Positions 7,586-14,156 of a stretch of DNA of 64,000 nt are shown here, piece by piece. The stretch lies in NCBI GenBank assembly GCA_965216465.1, contig CBDCFW010000003.1, positions 288,001 to 352,000 on the forward strand, given 5' to 3'. Under the pieces are notes generated by a model. The model searched no databases, was not told the DNA's origin, and was given only the letters and a program-made list of their open reading frames with translations. Source of the DNA: Bacteroidia bacterium (GTDB taxonomy: Bacteria; Bacteroidota; Bacteroidia; NS11-12g; UBA9320). Position 1 is the first letter of the stretch. Each line of letters begins with the position of its first letter. The translations under genes and the position numbers were made by a program.

Positions 7586-7783
7586 TTATTTAATTTTTGC
7601 GGCTGTGAAAGATTTGAGGTATTCTAGGTTGTCAATAGCTTGGTTTAAGCTTGCTACTGAAAGGTTAAGGTAAATGGAAGAGGTGTATTCACGTCTTAAC
7701 GGTGCTTGTTCGGCATACTCGCGAATCAAGTCTCTTTTCATTTTAAGTGTGATTAGTGTGTCGTTGATTAAGTCGATTGTCAT
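7586..7783 (-). CDS. Hypothetical helical phage protein
   Basis: First gene of the minus-strand operon. Confidence 0.6.
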   Translation of the reverse strand: MTIDLINDTLITLKMKRDLIREYAEQAPLRREYTSSIYLNLSVASLNQAIDNLEYLKSFTAAKIK

Positions 7784-7924
7784 GTTTCAATTATTTAAAA
7801 AGTTATACTTCAGGCGTAAGCAATTGCAGACCTGCTTCGCTCCGCCAATATTTTTTTTCGGAAAAACCGAAATATGAAACAAACACAAGCAAAAAGGCTT
7901 TCATAGAACTATAAAAGAGGGGGA

Positions 7925-8300
7925 CAAAAGTTTATTCCGTCAGGATCAAACTTTTGGCAAGAGGGTAGTGGCTAGTGTTTATGCGTTCGACTGAAATCCG
8001 ACTTGCTTAAACTCGTTGAAATAATTCTTTTTCTCTGAAAAAATTATCCAATTATTACTACTGTAAAAATGTCGTTTGTGATACCCAATTAGGGTGTCAC
8101 AAATCTGCCCGAAATAGGGCTTAAAAATCCCAATTTTTCAAAATCGAAAAATCCCACCTTATGATGGTGGGGAATTTGCCTCAAATTTGAGGTTTTTGCT
8201 TTGTCCAAAAAACGGACGAAATCTGAGTCCTTTTTTTGGTGTTTTTGCAGACCAATATCGACCCGATTTTAAGGCTTGATTTGCTACTCAAGTAGCGAAA
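7925..8300. other. Hairpin-dense intergenic region, candidate single-strand origin or packaging signal
   Basis: Stems at 7925-7956, 8075-8103, 8107-8120, 8149-8177, 8179-8192, 8205-8239 and 8280-8299. Confidence 0.55.
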
Positions 8301-8431
8301 TAATCTCGGTCAATTTTTCATCATGATAATCAGCAACTTACCGGTTTTTGGGTTTTTTAAATTTTCATAACCCGATTTGCTGCCCTCTCTTTGTATTCAC
8401 AAAACGAAGTAAAAGAGTTAAAATTTAGAAT

Positions 8432-9169
8432 ATGGAAGTATTTAGCGGACAAATCCCTGCAACGGGAAAATTCGGAGAAAAACAACTAGAAACAAGACTT
8501 GGAGAGTTAATTTTCCAAATGTCGGGCGTGGGGTTATGTACACCTGCGAACTTGCGACTTGCAAAAATTCAGTTGACAAAGGTTGATAGAAAGACAGGGC
8601 AAAAGGAGTTTTTGCCAAAAATTGATTTGTATACGCTGTTTGAATTAACAGCACATCACGAGGGGCACTTTCAACAGTCTAATGATGCGGCTTTTGGAAT
8701 GGTAGATTTAACACCTTTTGGCTCTTTAGAGTTAAATAGTAGTGAATACCTGTCTTTAAGTGGAGAGGGTTTTCAGGACACTCTTCAGCTTGATATCTTC
8801 ACTCAAGAAGAACCGCACAAGGCTGAAAAGGCTCTAAAGTATGAAACAAATCATGTACCTGTTGGTACTGCTCCAAAAGATGTAAACTTGGGTTCAGTTG
8901 TGGCAATAGCTATGCCAACTGGCGAGGTTGATTATGTAGAAATTACCTATGCTAACGGTAAAACGATTAGAAAGGGTCAAGCAGAATTAACAGCAGAGCA
9001 GCTGAAACGAGACAATGTGATTGCGACAAGCAGCCTTACAGGCGGCACAATTACTATGAACTATATTGACTACTTCTACATAGAAGTAAGTGACGCTGTA
9101 AGTATGCGTTACAAGCCCGAGGGTTCAAACGCTCATGAAATTTACCTTGTTCGTGAGGTAACGGCATAA
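8432..9169 (+). CDS. Candidate major capsid protein (double jelly-roll)
   Basis: 245 aa, alternating beta-strand pattern, two repeated strand-turn-strand-helix units; first gene of the structural operon. Confidence 0.6.
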   Translation: MEVFSGQIPATGKFGEKQLETRLGELIFQMSGVGLCTPANLRLAKIQLTKVDRKTGQKEFLPKIDLYTLFELTAHHEGHFQQSNDAAFGMVDLTPFGSLELNSSEYLSLSGEGFQDTLQLDIFTQEEPHKAEKALKYETNHVPVGTAPKDVNLGSVVAIAMPTGEVDYVEITYANGKTIRKGQAELTAEQLKRDNVIATSSLTGGTITMNYIDYFYIEVSDAVSMRYKPEGSNAHEIYLVREVTA

Positions 9170-9258
9170 GAAATTCATTTATTTATTGGTTTAGGGTTCA
9201 GGAAGCGGGCAGTATACGGAGATAGTTAGCTGCCCGCAATTCCGAAAATAAAAAGCAG

Positions 9259-9666
9259 ATGGTGAGAGAAAAAAAGAGAAAAGGACTGTTTAACGGTCGA
9301 ATAAAAAAAGCATTGGGAAGCCAATTCAAAAGAAAGGTTGGCGGTACTAAGCTAGGTAATGCGGTAAGGGGTTTTGTACGAAACAAAACAGGCGGTTTGC
9401 TTGGCAACGGCTTATTGATGCTAAAAGAGAATGAAACAAAAGCAGAGACAGATGCAAAAGCAAGAGAAGTTCTTACCGATACTGCGGCGGCTGCGACTGA
9501 GAAATTTGAGAGTTCTCAGAGAAAAGCTCTTGAAGATGTTGAAAGAAAGGCAACGATGGAAAGACTCAAAAAAATAGGCTTTACGGTTGTACTTCCTTTA
9601 TTAGTCGTGGCGGGTGTAGTGGTTTACATATTCAAAAACAAAAAAAAGTCTAAAAGACGTAGATAA
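9259..9666 (+). CDS. Basic N-terminal, C-terminal-TM protein (candidate DNA-binding virion/membrane protein)
   Basis: K/R/G-rich N-terminus, TM segment VVLPLLVVAGVVVYIF, KKKSKRRR tail. Confidence 0.7.
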   Translation: MVREKKRKGLFNGRIKKALGSQFKRKVGGTKLGNAVRGFVRNKTGGLLGNGLLMLKENETKAETDAKAREVLTDTAAAATEKFESSQRKALEDVERKATMERLKKIGFTVVLPLLVVAGVVVYIFKNKKKSKRRR

Positions 9667-9668
9667 TT

Positions 9669-10043
9669 ATGGCAGGAAATAGCAAGAAATCAAATAACAA
9701 GCACAGCAAAAAAAGCGGGTGCAAAGTCATAACGCCGTACGATGGTGGAGATGGAAGTCTTTTCATTAACGGTTGGAAAGTTGAGAAAGGTGTACTATGG
9801 AGTATCACTGTAAATCAAGCAAAGAAAGATGGCAAGTATATGCCTGTTTCAGAAAGTAATTCGGGTAAAATGTGGATGAATGTGATGGTTGTTGCAAAAG
9901 CACCGTTACAAGAGAACAGATATGTTTACGGCTTGTGTAACTTAGAAAACAATAAGGTGTATATCAAAGAGTGGAATTGGATAATGAATCCAAAAGGTGG
10001 TAAAGGTGGTTACTGCGGAAAACACATTTCTAACGATTATTAA
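9669..10043 (+). CDS. Beta-rich aromatic/basic phage protein (candidate ssDNA-binding protein)
   Basis: W/Y/K-rich strands and NP.G..GGY.G C-terminus; the function is inferred. Confidence 0.65.
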   Translation: MAGNSKKSNNKHSKKSGCKVITPYDGGDGSLFINGWKVEKGVLWSITVNQAKKDGKYMPVSESNSGKMWMNVMVVAKAPLQENRYVYGLCNLENNKVYIKEWNWIMNPKGGKGGYCGKHISNDY

Positions 10044-10051
10044 AAACGGCT

Positions 10052-10276
10052 ATGAAATGGGTTAAATCAGTATCAGACTTTTTCGATAAGGTAGTCAAGT
10101 ATGGAAAAAAGCTAAATACGATTGTAAAGGTTTTTGACTGGTTGAATGGCGTTATTCAGTACGCTAAAACTACGTGGGATGAAAAGTTTAATGAATCTAT
10201 CCGAGAAGTGATTGAGGATATAAAAGAAGATATCGCAGAAGAGGTAACAGAAAAAACAGAAACAGCAAATGGTTAA
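10052..10276 (+). CDS. Small amphipathic-helix phage protein
   Basis: Homologue of 66-257. Confidence 0.75.
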   Translation: MKWVKSVSDFFDKVVKYGKKLNTIVKVFDWLNGVIQYAKTTWDEKFNESIREVIEDIKEDIAEEVTEKTETANG

Positions 10277-10457
10277 TAGAAGAAATACAAGAGGGAAATC
10301 AAACGGTAAAAAGTGGGTTTTATGGGTAATAGTTGGAGTTGTCCTCATTGTAGCACCGTTTTTCATCTTCAAGAAGTTGAGAACGAAAGCAAAAGAGGCA
10401 ATCAAGAAAGTAGCAGCGAAGTTTTCAAAAAAAAAGGCAACAGAAGCAGTAGCCTAA
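10269..10457 (+). CDS. Single-TM small protein
   Basis: WVLWVIVGVVLIVAPFFIF TM segment; homologue of 257-349. Confidence 0.75.
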   Translation: MVNRRNTRGKSNGKKWVLWVIVGVVLIVAPFFIFKKLRTKAKEAIKKVAAKFSKKKATEAVA

Positions 10458-10837
10458 CAAAGAATTTCACGCTTAAAGAATTTGCTTGCAAATGTGGTGC
10501 GGCTGTTCCTGACAAGTATTACAACAACGTCAAAACACTAGCAGAAAATTTACAAGTCCTTAGAGACCATTTTAACGGTGCTAGACGAATAAAAGTAAAC
10601 TCAGGATATAGAACACCTGACTATAACAAAAGGGTAGGGGGTTCTCCAAAATCACAACATTTACTTGCAAAAGCTGCGGATATCGAAATTGACGGTTACA
10701 CGACAAAAGAAGTAGCAGAGATTATTGAAATGCTAATACAAGAGGGCAAAATGAAGCAGGGCGGTATTGGTATTTATAACACTTTTGTTCACTACGATAT
10801 CAGAGGTAAGCGGGCTAGATGGGATTTGAGAAAATGA
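10313..10837 (+). CDS. Peptidase M15A (D-Ala-D-Ala carboxypeptidase family) endolysin; true start uncertain
   Basis: NFTLKEFACKCG, NSGYR...N..VGG...SQH....AAD and FVHYD.RG zinc-peptidase motifs. Confidence 0.9.
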   Translation: MGFMGNSWSCPHCSTVFHLQEVENESKRGNQESSSEVFKKKGNRSSSLTKNFTLKEFACKCGAAVPDKYYNNVKTLAENLQVLRDHFNGARRIKVNSGYRTPDYNKRVGGSPKSQHLLAKAADIEIDGYTTKEVAEIIEMLIQEGKMKQGGIGIYNTFVHYDIRGKRARWDLRK

Positions 10838-11031
10838 GTTATACAAGAGATATGATAGTCGGAAGTGTTGGAGCGGGTTCCATTGAATTGGTAGACCAAA
10901 TCGCGGCACATCCGACTACTTTTAGCATGATACTCCAAGCAATTATTGCTCTTGGTACTATTGCTAAAATAGGTAACAATTGGTTGAAAGAACGTAAAAA
11001 GAAAAAAGAAGATGTGCGGCGAAGTAAGTAA
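10834..11031 (+). CDS. Small membrane protein, holin-like
   Basis: ATGA-coupled to the lysin stop; similar to 1294-1539. Confidence 0.65.
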   Translation: MSYTRDMIVGSVGAGSIELVDQIAAHPTTFSMILQAIIALGTIAKIGNNWLKERKKKKEDVRRSK

Positions 11032-11380
11032 CGGTAATTTTGAGATATACGACTCAATTGCTAACGTGTTGGAAATTCCATTTAATCACATTATCTGTGC
11101 AGGATTGTCTAACGGTCAACAAATTGGTGGTTTGCAAAACATCGATTCTGACCCTGAAGTAATATCAAGCGTTGGCGGTCTAAATGAACATGAGATATTC
11201 ATTAATAAAATGGTGGGTTATCCTCAAAGTGGAGATACACCCGACTTCTCAGGTTTATTAAGCAAAATGCCATTGCACGCTTATCAGCCAAAAGGCACTA
11301 GAGACGTTACAAATATTAACTTAATGAATTCGGCTTGGAATGGTAAATTCTTGGTATGGGTTTGTAAAAATGATAACTAA
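11012..11380 (+). CDS. Conserved phage protein (possibly structural)
   Basis: Homologue of 1574-1930. Confidence 0.75.
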   Translation: MCGEVSNGNFEIYDSIANVLEIPFNHIICAGLSNGQQIGGLQNIDSDPEVISSVGGLNEHEIFINKMVGYPQSGDTPDFSGLLSKMPLHAYQPKGTRDVTNINLMNSAWNGKFLVWVCKNDN

Positions 11381-11389
11381 AAAATTACT

Positions 11390-11815
11390 ATGGTTGGAAA
11401 AATAAAACAAGGTGTACAGATGGTAAGTAAGGTTAATCCAATGTATTTAATTGGCGGTTTATTACTATTTGTGTTTGTCTTCTTAGGCAAAAGAATAAGA
11501 GAAAGATTCAATACAGCAAGAACCGTTAACGAGTGGTTTGGGACAAAGAATTTGAAAGAGGGTAGCGACGGCGAAAATATCTCGCTAAGTGCTATTGCAT
11601 ACGAAATTTATGATGCGTTTTACAATAACGATTATTTAGGATTGACAGAGGATGAAGCTGCGGCAATAGCAGCCGTTCAAAAGGTGCATCCAAGAGATAT
11701 GAAGCAGCTCGCAAAGGAGTATGCTAAAATAGGGGGTCGAAATAAAGTGTTAATGCACGATTTGAATAAATACTTGTCTTCTGCTCAAAAATCAGCCATT
11801 AAAGATTGGTTATAA
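11390..11815 (+). CDS. N-terminal-TM protein with annexin-repeat-like C-terminal domain
   Basis: A..IYDAF...G.TEDEAA.I......QL...Y......L..DL...LS pattern. Confidence 0.6.
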   Translation: MVGKIKQGVQMVSKVNPMYLIGGLLLFVFVFLGKRIRERFNTARTVNEWFGTKNLKEGSDGENISLSAIAYEIYDAFYNNDYLGLTEDEAAAIAAVQKVHPRDMKQLAKEYAKIGGRNKVLMHDLNKYLSSAQKSAIKDWL

Positions 11816-12172
11816 TGTTCTTTGACGTTGTGAGTTTGGCTCTTGATTTAACACTTGGCGAGTTAGTGCATCAGGTTCTAACAGGTTGAGCAACAACTTA
11901 ACAAGTCGTTGTTTAAATTGGTGTTCAAAATTGGAAGTTTCAGAAAGTTGTCTTTGCAATTCTTCGATATGAGACTCCAATTTATCAACATCCTTATAGT
12001 GGTTCATGTTTTTATTTTGAACTTCAATATAGCGGTCAATTAGGTGTCTAAATGCGAGTGTTGTATCATAGCCGTGCAAGTAGCGAAATTGCTCAACTAC
12101 ACGATTTTGATGAGGTTCAAGTCCATGTATTTCAAATTTTTTAGATAGTGTGTATTTCCTTTTCTTAGTCAT
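11810..12172 (-). CDS. Putative regulator with coiled coil
   Basis: Weak homologue of 4420-4746, divergent from 12253. Confidence 0.65.
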   Translation of the reverse strand: MTKKRKYTLSKKFEIHGLEPHQNRVVEQFRYLHGYDTTLAFRHLIDRYIEVQNKNMNHYKDVDKLESHIEELQRQLSETSNFEHQFKQRLVKLLLNLLEPDALTRQVLNQEPNSQRQRTL

Positions 12173-12252
12173 TTATTGTGGATAAGTAGTCACGGCAAAG
12201 AAATGAAAAACTTATAAGATTTGAAGTAGCAAAACAATTAAAATTTAAGTGA

Positions 12253-12444
12253 ATGACTATATCGAAAAATAATGTCTCGCTGTGCATTTCATATCAAGCA
12301 GCTAAGGAATTAAGAAGAGATTTACAATTTGCCAAATCAAGGCGAAAGTTTCCAAGTCGTTATGCTGATAGCAATTTGGAGAAAGTTAATAAGAGTATTA
12401 ACCGAGCTGAAAATAAAAAGGCTGCTCTAAAGAGAACAGCCTAA
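12253..12444 (+). CDS. 63-aa basic protein, candidate antisense-regulated gene
   Basis: Positional homologue of 4872-5021. Confidence 0.6.
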   Translation: MTISKNNVSLCISYQAAKELRRDLQFAKSRRKFPSRYADSNLEKVNKSINRAENKKAALKRTA

Positions 12445-12500
12445 ATATTTTATTGGAGCATTAAGCAAATGTTAGCAAAACAATTTAATAGCTCCAAAAG
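12411..12500 (-). ncRNA. Candidate ~90-nt antisense sRNA
   Basis: Minus-strand TAACTTTG at 12509-12502, hairpin 12453-12497, terminator 12419-12442 with minus-strand U tract. Confidence 0.45.
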
Positions 12501-12584
12501 ACAAAGTTAGCGTTTAACCGCTTAATTGTTTAACAAATGTATTTCGGTGTATCATATAAGCAAAATGTTGATTACTAACAAATG

Positions 12585-12612
12585 TTAGCCTATAATTTAT
12601 ATTATGTTAACC
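12585..12612 (+). other. dif: dif site (XerCD), right boundary of the island
   Basis: TTAGCCTATAA-TTTATA-TTATGTTAACC; XerD arm 9/11 identical to E. coli TTATGTTAAAT. Confidence 0.88.
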
Positions 12613-12774
12613 ATTGCAGAACAAGGCATACCAATGGATCATATTATGCACCCCTATCATTGTTCTCTATAGGTATCAATGATTAACCTCCATTAATTAA
12701 GGATTGAGATGTTCTCAACTCCGTTAGATGTAGTTTGAGTTGGAGAGTGAGTTTTGAGTAAATGATTCAGAATC

Positions 12775-12930
12775 CTAACCAATATCAAATTCGCGTATAA
12801 TAGAAAAGGAGGCTCTTTGAAAAACCTCCCCTTCGATTAGTTATGGTTAATAACTGTCTTTATGTTAACCAAAATGATATGGACAGGAGGCTCTTTGAAA
12901 CACCCCCCATCCAATTTTGGTTAATAATTA
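12775..12930. repeat. Tandem pair of related hairpin units
   Basis: aggaggctctttgaaa at 12807 and 12886, each inside a taacca...tggtta stem. Confidence 0.6.
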
Positions 12931-12940
12931 TCTTGATGTC

Positions 12941-14143
12941 TTATTCATTGTCGCTAATATATGCTTTTATTTCATTGTAGTCGTCCATGCGGCCTAATTG
13001 TGCATATATTTTCTTCATTGTTTTGGCTAAATCTAATCTTTCTTCATCGCCCATATCGTTGTTGTTATTGAAAACATTCTCGAATTGAACAATTGCTTCA
13101 CCATACATGGTGTTGATTTTACCTTCGTAAACCGCAATCTCACTTGGTTTGTAGATGTTCTTTTCGTTCATCTCATCTACCAAATCACCAATTTTAGTTA
13201 GGTACATAACTCCTTTATTATAAGCAGCATCGTAGTACTCAGGATCTATTTCTAAAATCTTGTCGTAGTCTGCTCCTGCTTTTTCGAGGTCACCCAATCC
13301 TTCATAGCTAATCGCTCGTGCGAAGTAGTAAATGGTGTTTCCTGGATCGTCTTCGATTGCGATATTTAACTTGTTAATCAACTCTTCACTTCTACCTTGC
13401 TTCAGATAAATATCAAGCTCCTGATTGATTAATGTTTTATCGGTTTCATTTAACTCTTTACCGTTAGAAATAACCTCTAAAGCCTTAGCTGTATCTCCTT
13501 CTTGTAAGTGAATTAATGCCAAGTTACTAAATAGCGCAGGATCTGAAGAACCTTTCTCAATCAGTGAGTTTAACGATTTTTTAGCACCAGCCTTATCTCC
13601 CATTTCAATCGCAGTGAAAGCCATCATTTGTTCAATAAGTTCAGCGGTTAAGTTGTTTCGCTTCAATAATCCCTCAGTATCATATTCCATTAAAGGAAGT
13701 GTTTTCGCGAAATAATCATTCGCCACTTTAAAGTCCCTCGCTTGGTAAGCTGTAAACGCCTTATTGTATAAACCAATTGCAACGTTCAATAAATGACCTT
13801 TTGCTTCTTCAGTATATTTATTCTTTGCATCTGTTTTAATTGCATTCTGAAATGATTCTAGAGCAATGTCTATCGCATTTGGGGTTGCTTGAGTTAACTC
13901 GCTGTTAACACCCGCAATCTTTAAATACAACAATCCTTTGTAGAACCACATCTTCGGAGAATTTGAAGTTTTTGGATGCGTAGATGCCTCAGTAATAAGC
14001 TCTAGACACTTCTGCAAATCCTTGTCGGTATCATCAACGGTGTGATCAACCAAAATCATTTTGGCCGTCTCCACATTGAAGTTTTGAGCATAACTCATTA
14101 CTCCTACCAATAGCATTCCTGCTAACACTGCAACTTTCTTCAT
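12941..14143 (-). CDS. Secreted tetratricopeptide repeat protein
   Basis: Signal peptide MKKVAVLAG..., TPR motifs; lies directly downstream of gyrA. Confidence 0.9.
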   Translation of the reverse strand: MKKVAVLAGMLLVGVMSYAQNFNVETAKMILVDHTVDDTDKDLQKCLELITEASTHPKTSNSPKMWFYKGLLYLKIAGVNSELTQATPNAIDIALESFQNAIKTDAKNKYTEEAKGHLLNVAIGLYNKAFTAYQARDFKVANDYFAKTLPLMEYDTEGLLKRNNLTAELIEQMMAFTAIEMGDKAGAKKSLNSLIEKGSSDPALFSNLALIHLQEGDTAKALEVISNGKELNETDKTLINQELDIYLKQGRSEELINKLNIAIEDDPGNTIYYFARAISYEGLGDLEKAGADYDKILEIDPEYYDAAYNKGVMYLTKIGDLVDEMNEKNIYKPSEIAVYEGKINTMYGEAIVQFENVFNNNNDMGDEERLDLAKTMKKIYAQLGRMDDYNEIKAYISDNE

Positions 14144-14156
14144 ACTAAATTTCATT

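Larger units (their letters stand above)
5215..12612 (+). mobile_element. Element 2: complete ~7.37-kb dif-flanked provirus (candidate ssDNA double-jelly-roll phage)
   Basis: Bounded by directly oriented dif-type sites 7370 bp apart. Carries an RCR Rep, a candidate MCP, a lysin and membrane proteins; no integrase. Confidence 0.8.

Noticed and set aside
9640-9647. A8 run at the end of the 9259-9666 TM gene as another slippage site
   Set aside because: The -1 frame hits TAA almost immediately, so no productive fusion results.
5350-12444. Element 2 as an inovirus or microvirus
   Set aside because: No Zot/pI ATPase, lysins are present, and there is no Microviridae-size (>400 aa) capsid protein.
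12500-12600. CTXphi-style second inverted att half-site for an ssDNA hairpin attP
   Set aside because: Only GTTAGCG (12506-12512) matches the inverted arm; the rest pairs poorly, so the evidence is insufficient.
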